DNA from: Octopus vulgaris
Lineage: Eukaryota
Length of the DNA stretch: 64,000 nucleotides
Assembly: GCA_951406725.2 (NCBI GenBank)
Contig: OX597831.1
Span: 36,580,001-36,644,000, forward strand
Reading direction: 5' to 3'
Every line of letters begins with the position of its first letter. Position 1 is the first letter of the stretch. The position numbers and the translations under genes are program-made. The notes below the pieces were generated by a model. The model was not told where the DNA came from and searched no databases. It was given only the letters and a program-made list of their open reading frames with translations. Below, in pieces: positions 1-13,119 of the stretch.

Positions 1-76
1 ATAATCGACTTAATTCGTTTGTCTGACCTTGTTTGCCCCCTCCGTGTGTAGCCCCTTGTGGGTAGTAAAGAAATAA
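1..76 (+). mobile_element. SINE-B 3' tail
   Basis: taatcgacttaattcgtttgtctg...tagccccttgtgggtagtaaagaaata matches the tail of the SINE-B copy at 7075-7306. Confidence 0.8.
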
Positions 77-154
77 GAATTATGTGCTGTTGTAAAGTAT
101 ATAATTAATAAACTAATAAAGAATTCATAAATATAGGCTCTTGGTTATACAGAA

Positions 155-470
155 ATGATGGACTATCAATATCTAAAGACAAAAATGGGTAGATTCAAAG
201 ACCTAATACAGATGTTGAATAGCTTTAAATTAAAAGTAACTATCATGATCAATGTTACCCGAATAAGTTACTGGAACATCATCCCAAACTTAGAAGCTAA
301 TGTTTATAAACCTTTTAGAAAGCCCAATGAAAAGTTAAGTTACATATACAAATGCTTTTGCCCCCTGCCAATGGTGCTTCAAAAACCTATAAATTCACTC
401 TCTCTGTTGTTAAGGAAATATTTGATAAAGTTTCATATTACCGAACAAATGTAAAAGCCTGCTCTTTAAC
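155..470 (+). mobile_element. Degenerate Penelope-like element (PLE) reverse-transcriptase C-terminal fragment
   Basis: Translation DLIQMLNSFKLKVTIMINVTRISYWNIIPNLEANVYKPFRKPNEKLSYIYKCFCPLP resembles the PLE RT thumb region (..LKITI..N...VNFLDV.L.L....YKPYRKPN..P.YI...SNHPP). The frame closes at 454, so it is a relic. Confidence 0.65.
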
Positions 471-1289
471 ATTAAAATACAAACACTTCCCCTTAAACCA
501 CAGATACAGAAAATTATTTAGATACAAACCCCAAAACCATTTAGAGTGCAACAACCAGCTTTTAAGCCACATGCAATTGAAGATGTCCAAAAGCATTCGC
601 ATTAAATATGTCAAGAAATGTGCCAGCCTTTTTATACATAGATATGTCCCCTACTGAGGTGCCAAATGGTTGTTTAGCGAGCTTTTTGCCCACTAATTTA
701 ATATAATGTCCGGTCATCGTTCGATAGCTGTAGGAATTAATTCAGTGAGAAACAACAACAATTCGTATGCATTTTTAAAGCTTCCATGTACATGGTATAC
801 TTATTCCAATTCAGGAGGAGAGCATTCATACACAGCTTGTATATTTAACATTTAACAGAACAGAATGGAAGTTGAATAAGAAGAGGTTTTCGTCTTGCCG
901 CCTTCCATGACTGGTATAGTGGATTCAACTCAATTCATATCAACGTGGGGTAGTCCAGTAGCAGAGAGGGAGATGATGCAGTTAGCAGTAGGCTGATTTG
1001 ATCAGCAAAGGAAACCGTTCTTGGATCTGCGCGTCTTTTTGTGCCTATCTCCCGAGCGCCACCTCGTTGTTAACAATGTGACCTAGGGAGATAAATCCAG
1101 ATGACCCACGTTCAGACATGGATTCAACTATGTTTGCCTACAGTTGAAACCATTGTCTTCATGGATCATCAATGAACAAACTTAACTTAAGACAACTGTT
1201 TTTTTTCTTTATTTCTCCCTTTCTACAATTGCTAGGTTATCCTCAAACTTGACTGACAAACGACACACATACACATGCACACACATACT

Positions 1290-1341
<52 letters not shown>

Positions 1342-2183
1342 GAGGAGGAGGAAAGAAAGATAGATATTTTGTCTGAATTTGAGATGAAGAATTATTATGT
1401 ACACACATATATATTGTCTTCACTTGATTGCAATAGTCACTTCCTCAGTGATGGCGAATATACTCATCAAATACATTAAGAACTTGTGTGTATGTTCATG
1501 CACTCGTGCATATGTGAGTGCATGTGTGTTTGTGATATTCTTGAGAAAATATACCCCCCACCCCACCTTCCAGCATCTGACAATAGGATAATTGAAGTCT
1601 CACAAATGGAAAACATTAGTATGAAGATACAGTTTGACTAATAGAACTAGTTTTACATGATTCTCCTCCACCATGGTTTTAGGCAAATGGTAGACGATAT
1701 ACTGAATATATCACTAAATTGTAAAGATTTTTACATCCCCTTGTATACAATGAAGCATCATTCATGGCAACTCCATAATGGTTTCTTTACACTATATACT
1801 CTTTCTTTCTTGAGCCACTCTATATTTGCATCAAATACCCCCAGCACTTGATATGTTATCCAACTAATAGATGATACATATTTTCAGTAAGATCTCTGAG
1901 CAGTTGGTTTTGAAGTTCATAGATGTTGTTACGAACATTTTATTGCTTCTGTTTCCTCAAATAACCCTGGGCCACTCTATCCTGTTTATATGGATTCAAT
2001 TATAAACAGTATTTATTCCAAGAATATCAGTTTGTACATGTCATGTATAATTGATGGCTGGCAAAGACAATAAGAGCCTCTATGCGGTTATTAACTTGCA
2101 AGAAATAGCAACCAATTCTTCAAATTCACACTGCTAATTTAAGAAAAGTACAAATAAAAATAAAACATGTATATATATATATA

Positions 2184-2381
2184 GGCATAGGAGTGACTGT
2201 GTGGTAAGTAGCTTGCTTACCAACCACATGGTTCCAGGTCCAGTCCCACTGTGTGGCACCTTGGGCAAATGTCTTCTACTATAGCCTCGGGCTGACCAAA
2301 GCCTTGAGAGTGGATTTGGTAGACGGAAACTGAAAGAATCCCGTCATATATATGTATATATATATATATGTGTGCGTGTGT

Positions 2382-2418
<37 letters not shown>

Positions 2419-2805
2419 CGTCTGTGTATCTGTGTTTGTCCGCCCAACATTGCTTGACAGTTCTGCCTGCTCACCACCTATAAGTGTCTTCTACTATAGC
2501 CTTGGGTCGAACAATGCCTTGTGAGTGGATTTAGTAGATGGAAACTGAAAGAAACCCATTGTATATATGTATATATGTATGTGTGTATGTATGTGTGTTT
2601 GTGTGTCTGTGTTTGTACCCCCAACATCGCTTGACAACTGATGCTGGTGTGTTACATCCCTGTAACCTAGCAGTTCGGCAAAAGAGACCAATAGAAAAGT
2701 ACTAGGCTTACAAAGAATAAGTTCTGGGGTCGATTTGCTTGACTAAAGGCAGTGCTCCAGCATGGCTACAGTCAAATGACTAAAACAAGTAAAAGAGCAA
2801 AAGAG
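2184..2805 (+). mobile_element. SINE-A (tRNA-derived, internal (TA)n(TG)n, (AAAAGAGT)n tail) with partial internal duplication
   Basis: Head ggcataggagtgactgtgtggtaag with A/B-box-like ggttc...tccc; roughly 18 copies in the window; segment aagtgtcttctactatagcc...ccaacat occurs twice. Confidence 0.85.
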
Positions 2806-2859
2806 AATATATATATATAAGCTAGATATATACTGATTGATTTAGTTCAGCATTGAGCT

Positions 2860-3075
2860 TTTAGCATTTAAAATGTCTATATCTGGCCAAGACCTTCTTG
2901 TTGTTTTATGTTCAGCCCAGCTATATCTGGACTCTCACACCTACCCTACAATGTCATTTTAAAAATAAACAATCACATCATCAAAATCTCAAAGTTAAGG
3001 ATTAATACATAATTAACTCAAAACAAGGTAAATAAATAAGCATTACATTTGATCTAATAATCTGAATGCTTAAAT
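2860..3075. mobile_element. piggyBac-like MITE (degenerate)
   Basis: Ends tttagcatttaaa / ctgaatgcttaa; the same family occurs reversed at about 13009-13755, where it starts with ttaacactttagcattc. Confidence 0.5.
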
Positions 3076-3167
3076 GTGATAAACATACCTACAAGTAGAT
3101 CAACACCCACAATATGGTTAGTGCTATTTTCTTATGTTGGTACACCTGCCCCAGTGTTTTGCTTAAG

Positions 3168-3420
3168 AAGGTATGTGGTTTAGTGGTTAGGGTGTTGGAC
3201 TCAACTTTGTAAGATTGTGGTTTTGATTCCTGGACCAGGCGATGCAATGTGATCTTCAGCAAAACACTTCATTTCACGCTGCTTCAGTCTGCTCGGCGGG
3301 CAAAAATGAGAAATCTTGAAATGGACTGGTGTCCTGTCCAGGTGGAGAATATATACGCCATGAAACTGAGAAACCGGCCCCTATGTGTCAGCATGACTCG
3401 AGAAGTTAACTTTACCTTTT
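3168..3420 (+). mobile_element. tRNA-derived SINE, third family (Meta-domain-like 3' part)
   Basis: A box tggtttagtggttagg, B box gttttgattcc, 3' atggactggtgtcctgtccagg...gaaaccggccc, related to 36357-36960 and 55080-55385. Confidence 0.6.
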
Positions 3421-3450
3421 TCTTTACTTGTGTGTGTTTGTGTGTGTACA

Positions 3451-3484
<34 letters not shown>

Positions 3485-3864
3485 CACATATATATGTATA
3501 TATATATGCAATTCAAAGAAGGTCAGAGGTTGTGAACCCAATCAACTAAGGGATAGTATCTATCCAATATACTGCTGGTAGAATACCTAATTAATACACA
3601 AGTGTTGGTTATTGCATGGCAATTACACTACTGAATATAATAATTAGGCGAGGGTAATAAGTGGTTTTTACCCTTAATTTATATGGCAAGAAAAAAATGG
3701 AGGGAATCCAGAGGTAGAATTCATCAGCTGTTACAAATTATATTACCTTTGGATTCCCTCCATTTTCTTCTTGCCATATATATAGATATAGATATAGATA
3801 TATATATATATATATACATACATATATATATTTATATGTATATATATATGTATATGTATATGTA

Positions 3865-4240
3865 TATTCTTTTATTTGTTTCAGTCATTTGACCACAACC
3901 ATACTGGAGCACTACCTTTAGTCAAACAAATCGACCCCAGAACATATTCTTTGTAAGCCTAGTACTTATTCTTTTGGGGTTTTTTGCTGAACCACTAAGT
4001 TACGGGGGAGTAAACACACCAGCATTGGTTGTCAAGCGATGGTGGGGGGAAAACACAGACACACAAACACACACACACACACACATATATATATACGATG
4101 GGCTTCTTTCAGTTTCCATCTACCAAATTCAATCACAAGGCTTTGTGTGGCCCGAGGCTATAGTAGAAGACACTTGCCCAAGGTGTCATGCAGTGGAGAC
4201 TAAAACTGGAACCATGTTGTTGGTAAGCAAGCTACTTACA
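3865..4240 (-). mobile_element. SINE-A
   Basis: Reverse complement of the SINE-A consensus seen at 14174-14555. Confidence 0.85.
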
Positions 4241-4904
4241 TATACATATATATACATATAAGTATACATACACACATATACATACGTACATATACATACA
4301 CACACATACACATATATGTGTGCCTTTTTATACAAACATGGGCAATAGGACTCAATGCAAAAAAGTGAGTACGTTTTATTATGTTGTAGCACTTATGCTT
4401 CTGATGTAGCTATAACAAAATTACGTACAAGTTCATGTGGATGCATCAAAACTTATAATCAAACAATGACTCCCTCTGCAAGAATAGCACAAGGATAGTT
4501 CCAATAGTTTTAGATAGTAATTGCCATTTTAAGAAGATCTACTTATGTTCATCTGTTAAAGTGAGCAAACAGCTTACAGCTTTCTTATAAACAAGGTAGA
4601 AAGTGGCAACAATTTTTCTCATTTGTGTCTCATTATATAGACATATTAATTAATAATCAAAATATTAAAAACAGCAGCTGATGGATAAATTGTGAATCAG
4701 TTCATATATCTCTTCCTCCTTCAATGTAAATAACTGGGATGCTGATAGCTGGCAGAAACGTTAGCAAGCCAAAGAAACTATAAAATGATGCATGGGCACT
4801 CTGTAGCAGAAACAGATGTATGCTAAAGAAGGGGATGATGTAATTCTCATTCTCTCGTAATTCTTTTAATTTCATATATATATTTGTATGTATATATATA
4901 TATG

Positions 4905-5244
4905 AACCAGCCAAGATCCCTGGTCTGGTGGTACGTAAAAAGCACTATCCGACTCGTGGCCGATGCCAGTGCCGCCTCGACTGGCTTCCGTGCCGGTGGC
5001 ACATAAAATACACCAATCCGACCATGGCCGTTGCCAGCCTCACCTGGCACCTGTGCAGGTAGCACGTAAAAAGCACCCACTACACTCACGGAGTGGTTGG
5101 TGTTAGGAAGGGCATCCAGCTGTAGAAACATTGCCAGATAAGATTGGAGCCTGGTGCAGCCTTCTGGCTTCCCAGATCCCCGGTCGAACCGTCCAACACA
5201 TGCTAGCATGGAGAACGAACGTTAAACGATGATGATGATGATGA

Positions 5245-5250
<6 letters not shown>
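4905..5250 (+). mobile_element. RTE-type LINE 3' end (family C) with (GAT)n tail
   Basis: ggttggtgttaggaagggcatccagctgtagaaac...gttaaacgatgatgat; internal gtaaaaagcac repeats. Linked to an RTE ORF2 C-terminus in the 42588-43230 copy. Confidence 0.75.
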
Positions 5251-5275
<25 letters not shown>

Positions 5276-5278
<3 letters not shown>

Positions 5279-5840
5279 TCATCATCATCATCGTCGTTTA
5301 ACGTCCACTTTCCATGCTAGCATGGTTTGGATGATTTGACTGAATACTGGTGAACCAGATGGCTGCACCAGGCTCCAATCTTGATCTGGCAGAGTTTCTA
5401 CAGCTGGATGTCCTTCCTAACGCCAACCACTCTGAGAGTGTAAAGGGTGCTTTTATGTGTCACCGGCACAAGGGTCAGTCAAGCAGAACTGGCAACGGCC
5501 ACTCTCAAATGGTGTTTCTTACATGCCACCTGCACAGGAGCCAGTCCAGTGGCACTGGCAACGGCTTTGCTTGAATGTTTTTTCACGTGCCACCGGCACA
5601 AGTGCCAGTAATGCAATGCTGGTAACGATCACACTTGAATGATGCTTTTTACGTGCCACTGGCATGGAAGGCAACAATCACACTCAGATGGTGCTCTTAG
5701 CACTCCACTACCACAGATGCCAGTCATCAAATTTAATTTTGATTTTCACTTGCCTCAACAGGTCTTCAAAAGCAGAGTTTAGTGTCCAATGAAGGAAAGG
5801 TACGCATAAGTGGGCTGGTTACACCCCTGGTATAGGAACA
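5276..5840 (-). mobile_element. RTE-type LINE 3' end (family C)
   Basis: (CAT)n-cgtttaacgtcc...; tail-to-tail with the 4905-5250 copy. Confidence 0.75.
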
Positions 5841-5845
5841 TATGC

Positions 5846-6249
5846 ACAAATTAAGAGAAATGACCACTAAAGTGGACATATAATATGCTAAAGTTAGACG
5901 TCAAATCACCTTACCATGAAGAGTGTGTTCTCAAGAAAATTTCAGCAAAACGCCAGAATGTCAGAATGAAAATATAGGAAATAAAAACCAATTACCTACG
6001 TACCAATGGTATCGTTTGTTAATATTTATGATTGCAAATATCAGCAAACTCATCAGCATAGTCTTTCACTTACAAAACATAATTTCCGGAACTAGACACA
6101 CAACGCTCCCCCTTTTTTTCTTGCTCATTCTGACATTCTGGCGTTTTGCTGAAATTTTCTTGAGAACACACTCTTCGTGGTAAGGCGATTTGACATCTGT
6201 CTTTAGCATATTAGGTGTCCACTTTGGTAGTCATTCCCCTTAATTTGTA
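5846..6249. repeat. About 124-bp inverted repeat (5846-5969 / 6127-6249); family also at about 26905-27140
   Basis: gaagagtgtgttctcaagaaaatttcagcaaaacgccagaatgtcagaatga is the reverse complement of tcattctgacattctggcgttttgctgaaattttcttgagaacacactcttc. Confidence 0.9.
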
Positions 6250-6371
6250 TTATATTATAATTTTTAATCTTTGGATTTTTTAAATATGCTAACCCACTGG
6301 TTTTAATTGATTAATATCAATTTCTACCCGCATTATTTAATTATATATACATATATACATACATGTATACA

Positions 6372-6760
6372 TGTAGGAATGGCTGTGTGGTAAGTAGCTT
6401 GCTTAAGAACCACAAGGTTCTGGGTTCAGTCCCACTGCATGGCACCTTGGACAAGTGTCTTCTGCTATAGCCTCGGGCCGACCAAAGCCTTGTGAGTGGA
6501 TTTGGTAGACGGAAACTGAAAGAAGTCCGTCGTATATATGTATATATATATATGTGTATGTTTGTGTGTTGTGTTTGCCCCCCTCCCCCAACATCGCTTG
6601 ACAACCGATGCTGGTGTGTTTACGTCCCCGTAACATAGCGGTTTGGCAAAAGAGAATGATAGAATAAGTACTAGGCTTACAAAGAATAAGTTCTGGGGTC
6701 GATTTGCTCGACTAAAGGCAGTGCTCCAGCATGGCCGCAGTTAAATGACTGAAACAAGTA
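6372..6760 (+). mobile_element. SINE-A
   Basis: Near full-length match to the other copies. Confidence 0.9.
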
Positions 6761-6812
6761 AATGATAAATGAATAAAAAAATGAATAAATATATATGTTT
6801 GTGTGTGTGTGT

Positions 6813-7052
6813 ACTATAGTCCCTTGACTATTGTGGGTGTTGCATTCCAAAAACCTCCTGTGATAGGTGAAAGTCCGTGAAGTAGAAACAACACTGTACA
6901 GTATATATTTTTTATTATTTTTAGAATTTGCATATATTTATTTTATTATAAATACAAAACAATACCACAAAGGAATCAACATAAGCTTAAATAATAAACC
7001 ACGATAGATGAACTGTGACAGGTGAACTATGTTATGGCAAGCAATTAGTGTA
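6813..7052. mobile_element. Tigger/pogo-like MITE, degenerate
   Basis: TA-flanked; decayed CAGT..TCCCTCG-type termini (ctatagtcccttgac... / ...ggcaagcaattagtg-ta). Confidence 0.4.
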
Positions 7053-7074
7053 CATAATATATACACGTGTGTTA

Positions 7075-7306
7075 AAGCAGTGAGCTAGCAGAAACGATAG
7101 CACACCAAGCAAAATGCTTAGTGGCATTTCGTCTGTATTTATGTTCTGAGTTCAAATTCTGCTGAGGGCAACTTTGCGCTTCATTCTTTTGGGGTTGATT
7201 AAAATAAGTACCTGTTATGCACTAGGGTTGTTGTAATCGACTTAATCGCTTTGTCTGTCCTTGTTTGTCCCCTCTATGTTTAGCCCCCTGTGAGCAATAA
7301 AGAAAT
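7075..7306 (+). mobile_element. SINE-B (tRNA-derived, Nin/Deu-domain-like body, Tx1-like tail)
   Basis: gagctagcagaa...gagttcaaattc (B box), actttgcgcttcattcttttggggttgattaaaataagtacc (Nin-like), tail ...gcaataaagaaata. Confidence 0.85.
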
Positions 7307-7323
7307 AAATATACATGTGTGTA

Positions 7324-7360
<37 letters not shown>

Positions 7361-7565
7361 ATGTGTTGATGTTTGTGTCTCCATGGCTTGACTTCATGTG
7401 GTAGTTGTTATTAATTGTGGCAGTATTATTTATTTCTAATATTCCACATAAATACGATGGGCCATGGAGAAATGTGACAGGCAAGGGTTGGCAACAGGAA
7501 AGGCATCCGGCTGTAAAATATCTGTCACTCTAAACTCTGTCTGCCCCATGCAAACTTTGGTAAAT

Positions 7566-7990
7566 CATCATCATCATCATCATCATCTTCGTCGTCATCA
7601 TTTAACGTCCATTTTCCATGCTAGCATGGGTTGGACAGTTTGACTGGAGTTGGGGAATCCAGGAGGCTGCACCAGGCTCCACTCTGATCTGGCAGTGTTT
7701 CTACAGCTGTATGCCCTTTCTAACACCAACCACTCTGTAAGTGTAGTGGGTGCTTTTTACATGCCACTGGCACAGGAGCCAGAGGAGGCTGGCAATGACC
7801 ACGATCAGTTGGTGCCTTTTACGTGCCACCGGCACAGAAGCCAGACAAGGTGGTGCTGGCATCGGCCATGTTGGGATAGTGCTTTTTACGTGCCACCGGC
7901 ACAGGTATCACAACTACAATTTCCATTTGATTTTTATTTTGATGTTGATGTACTTGACTCAATAGGTCTCCTCAAGCACAGCAGGTCACT
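7566..7990 (-). mobile_element. RTE-type LINE 3' end (family C)
   Basis: (CAT)n tail plus family C body. Confidence 0.75.
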
Positions 7991-8014
7991 AGACATTAAA
8001 ACAATGTTGATAAT

Positions 8015-8725
8015 AATGGTTCCAAATTTTGCTACAAGGGCAGCAATTTTGGGGGAGGGGGTTGAGTCGATTATATCGACCCCAGGGCGTAACTGGTACT
8101 TATTTTATCAACCCTGAAAAGATGAATGGTAAAGTCAACCTTAGTGGAATTTGAACTCAGAACATAGTGACAGGTGAAATACCTATTTCTATTTTTTTAT
8201 TACCCACAAGGGGCTAAACATAGGGGGGACAAACAAGGACAGACATAGGTATTAAGTCAATTACATCAACCCAGTGCGTAACTGGTACTTAATTTATTGA
8301 CCCCAAAAGGATGAAAGGCAAAGTCGACCTTGGCAGAATTTGAACTCACAACATAGTGGAAGACGAAATACCGCTAAGCATTTTGCCCGGCATGCTAACT
8401 CTTCTGCCAGCTCTCCGCCTTTAAATTTGACTTGGCCAGTAAGTTAAGCATTTTGTCTGGTGTGCTAACAATTTTGCCAGCTCACCATCTTAGCAACAAT
8501 GATGACAAATAATCCCTTGTACTAAAGGCAAAAGGCCTGAAATTTTGGGGGAGGAGACTAGCTGATGACGCCGACCCCCAGCGTTTCACTGGTACTTAAT
8601 TTATCAACCCTGAAAGGATGAAAAGCAAAGTTGACCTCAGTGGAATTTGAACTCAGAACATAACTGATGTAATACCACTTAGCGTTTTGTCCAGTGCACT
8701 AACAATTCTGCCAGTTTACTGCCTT
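8015..8725 (-). mobile_element. Cluster of SINE-B copies including a dimer with junction gaaatacc|tatttc
   Basis: Repeated tcgaccc..aaggatgaaaggcaaagt..gaatttgaactcag units with two different tails. Confidence 0.8.
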
Positions 8726-9103
8726 AGCAACGATGTCTTCTTTCAGTCTTCACAGACCAGTTCCAGTCATAAGATATTGGCTAGCCCAGAATTACAGAAG
8801 AAAATACTTGTCAGTGGTGCAGCAGAATGGAACTGAACCTAAGACTACATAGTTGAGAAATGAAATTTTTAACCACACAACCAGACTCATGCCAGTAATT
8901 TTCTAACTTCTCCATTATGCTTGTTCTGCAAGTGTTTTTTTTTTTTTTGTTGTTATTTTTCAATTTACTTCATAAGCATTAGCAAGAATTACTGTTTCAC
9001 TGATATCCATTTGTTATTTCATGTTGGCATTTAATTAATTACTAAGTACTATCTTGTATAATGACTACACATTGCAATTAGACAGAGATTGATTAACTAA
9101 CTA

Positions 9104-9146
<43 letters not shown>

Positions 9147-10401
9147 GCCTGTTCATAGATACACATATAGGAAAACATATAAACACACACACACACACAA
9201 ACATGACAATTAACCACTAATTGAGCTAATGAGAGAGCATCTCTTCAGTCACCTGATTTGCTAGAAATAACAGTGAAATTTCCCTTAAATTTACAACTTC
9301 AAAATGAAAGAATACCAAACAATCTAATTCTAGATATAGAAAGCCGGAATATTTGCTTACAGGTCTACTGGTTTAGATACTGACCTGTGGCTAAACAATA
9401 CCTCCAAGAAAAATGTCAGATTTTATCCACTATATCTGACAAAAAAAAAAGGATGGTCATGTATAGAGCCTTTAACAATTAGTCTTGCTTAATCAGAGCT
9501 GACCTGAGTTTAGCAACATTTACAAAGAATGTTAGGTTTTATACATTATATCTTAAAAAGAAAATAGGATGATCAAAGCCAGAGACTTTGATCTTAGGTC
9601 TTATAGAATTTGAACTGATCTTTGGCTGAGCCACAACATTTACATTCCTAAACGATTTTTCATCTTTTGTTGTACAAAATTACATCCATTTATGTGACAT
9701 TTTTACGTCCCTACTTATTGATCTATAAAATGTCATATGTTTAACTCTTCTATGATTCTTATGGACATTAATTGATTAGTTTAAGAGTGATGTACCTCTG
9801 CCTGTACAATATTTTGTCATTAATCACTGATATTATATAAGAAATTTATATACCTATATATATAGGTGTGCGTGTGTGTGTGTATGTGTGCTTGTGGTGC
9901 ACAAGTTTATCATTATCAATTAAGATAATGCAATTTCTTAATGAGTATTATAAAAGTTGTAAAAGTGAATTTGACAAGTTTCTCATTAATAGCTAAATTG
10001 CAACAATTTAATGGCATTTTTCTAGAGTTAATAGCACACACACAATTTTGCGTTAATCACATACAATCACACAAAGTCTATTGTATTAACTACATGTGTA
10101 GTTTATTGTATTAACTGTACACTATGTCTAAGGTTAATCACTCTGATTTTTAGTTTAACCATTTTCTAGTAATAATACATTGCTAGTATGCTTCAATTAA
10201 TTTGAAAAATAATTCAGAATTTGAAGGGATTTTGGACAAATGGTTATTATTATTTTTGCTATAAAGTTGGTGCTTGTAATATAACAAAATGTTCTCATGC
10301 AACATAGGCACAGACGTGCCTGTGTGACAAGAAGTTTCTTTCCTAACCTCCTCGTTCTAGGTTCAATCCCCCTATATGGCACCTCAGGAAAGAAACTTCT
10401 T

Positions 10402-10818
10402 ATATCTTTATTGCCCACAAGGGGCTAAACATAGAGGGGACAAACAAGGATAGACAAACAGGGACAGACAAACGGATTAAGTCAATTACATCGACCCCAG
10501 TGAGTAAATGGTACTTATTTAATTGACCCCGAAAGGATGAAAGGCAAAGTCGATCTCAGCAGAATTTGAATTCAGAACATAGTGATAGACGAAATACCTA
10601 TTTCTTTACTACCCACAAGGGGCTAAACACAGAGAGGACAAACAAGGACAGACAAACGGATTAAGTCGATTATATCGACCCCAGTGCGTAACTGGTCCTA
10701 AATTTATCGACCCCGAAAGGATGAAAGGCAAAATTTGAACTCAGAATGTAACAGCAGACAAAATACGGCTACGTATTTTGCCTGGCATGCTAACATTTCT
10801 ACCAGCTCGCTGCCTTAA
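10402..10818 (-). mobile_element. SINE-B dimer with 14-bp TSD
   Basis: TSD gaaagaaacttctt at 10388-10401 and 10819-10832. Confidence 0.85.
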
Positions 10819-11143
10819 GAAAGAAACTTCTTGTCACCCAGGCACGTCTGTACCTATGTTGTATAAGAACATTTAGTTATATTACGATCACCAATTTTAT
10901 AGCAAAAAAATTAGTTAATTGTCCGTTAAATTAAAAATCAGAGTGATTAACCTTAGACATAGTGCAGAGTTAATACAATAAACTACACATGTAGTTAATA
11001 CAATAGAGTTTGCATGATTGTATGTGATTAACTCTAGAAAAATTTCATTAAATAGTCCTTCATTATAGCCCTGGGCTGACCAAAATCTTGTGAGTGGATT
11101 TGGTGGATAGAAACTGAGAGAAGCTGATCATATATATATGCAT

Positions 11144-11177
<34 letters not shown>

Positions 11178-11884
11178 TGTGTGTTTGTCACCTACCACCA
11201 CTTGACAACTGGTTGGTTTGTTTATGTCCTTTCACTCAGAAGTTTGACAAAAAATAGACTGATAGAGTAAGTACCAAACTTAGGAAACAAAAATACTAGA
11301 GTTGATTTGTCAAGGCAAAACCTTTGATGTAAGCTTTAAATTTACATCAAAACACTTTCAAAAGGAATTTTTGAATCACAGCACCAGTGGAATTTTCTAG
11401 CAGATTAATATTGGTTTCAAATTTTGGCACAAGGCCAGCAATTTCGGGGTAGGGAATAAGTCAATTAAATTAACCCCACTGTTTAACTGGTGCTTATTTT
11501 ATCGACCCCCGAAAGTATGAAAGGCAAAGTCCACCACGATGGAATCTAGAAGATTAATTTTAAAAGATTTTAATCACACAGATTAAGATTAAACAAAATA
11601 TTTTCCTTGCTGTGGTTTTAGGGGTAATATTGTTGTGTCAATAATTAACCATATAATGCAGTGAATAACAGAACTGCGAGGGGGTTCCACAAAACAAGTT
11701 GTTGCATTCCTTTGCATAAGGAATTCAAATCCCATCCATGTTGACTTTGTCGTTAGCTTTCCTGAGTCAAGTAATTAGAAATCAGTGAAGCACTGGAATT
11801 AATATAATCAAATTATATAATCACGCAAAATTCAGGAATATTAGAAATTATTAAAGCATTAGTTAATTATTAAAAGTTTTGTGA

Positions 11885-12037
11885 GGTATAGGAGTGGCTG
11901 TGTGGTAAGTAGCTTGTTTACCAACCACATGGTTCCAGGTTCAGTCCCACTGGGCAAGTGTCTTCTACTATGGCCTCAGGTTGACCAAAGCCTTGTGAAT
12001 GGATTTGGTAGATGGAAACTGAAAGAAGCCCATTGTG

Positions 12038-12089
<52 letters not shown>

Positions 12090-12287
12090 TGTCTGTGTGT
12101 CTGTGCTTGTCCCCCCAACATCGCTTGACAACCAATGCTGGTATGGTTACATCACCATAACTTAGCGGTTCGGCAAAATAGAATAAGTACTAAGCTTACA
12201 AAGAATAAGTGCTGGAGTTGATTTGCTCAACTAAAGGCGGTGCTCTAGCATGGTCACAGTCAAATGACTGAAACAAGTAAAAGAGTA
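11885..12287 (+). mobile_element. SINE-A
   Basis: Full-length match. Confidence 0.9.
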
Positions 12288-13119
12288 CTAAGCATGACCA
12301 CAACTCAATGACTGGATCCAGTTAAAGAGAGTTAGTAATCTTTACATTATTAAACTTATCATATAGGAGTTCGTTACTAATGAAAATGAGTGGCCTATTG
12401 GTTAAAGTACAAAGCTCATCTTCATGATGTTGCAGGTTCAAATTCCTGGACCGTGCAACACATTGTGTCTTTGAGCAAAGCACTTCACTTCACAGTATTC
12501 CAGTCTTTTCTGCTGAAGTCGAGAAGATATCTTTGTCTGCATAGATATATAAAACTATAAGTGAAAGCATGGTACGTATCACCATGCAGAGAGATGGAAC
12601 ACAAAACCCACATGGTATGATAGCGAACTCCATCGCCAAGCAACCACACCAGCATCTATATCTTAAAATATCGAATTTTCAGAATAATCTAGTAATATCT
12701 GAGTAACGTGTTTATGGTCAACATTTCATATTTTTATGGACAGTCATAAAACAGTTCATATAAAACATTTCATAATGTAATTAATGTTTACAAATGGAAT
12801 GAATTTCAAATAATAGCATTACAGAGTAATTATTTCCTCTTGCTATATAACAAAACACGACCAAATTTACAGTTTATAGATAAATATAGAACATCATGCC
12901 TACCCCAAAGATTGACATCTGTTCGTAAGAGCTAGTTAGCTGATGATAAATCTTTTACTGCCGACTCACCTGGGACTGCCCTTGGTTCTGTGAAAGTAGT
13001 TTCCATTTTTAACACTTTAGCATTCATATTACGTTGTCAAATGTAATATGTGTTTATTCACTTAGTTTTGAATTAACTGTGTATTAATTTGTAGCTTTGA
13101 GATTTCGATGATGATGCTG

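Noticed and set aside
3720-3735. CTGATGA on the minus strand in the 3680/51331 family
   Set aside because: No downstream stem II-GAAA, so not called a hammerhead.
7650-8117. 155-aa ORF
   Set aside because: Runs antisense through a family C UTR into SINE-B; not conserved as a frame in other copies.
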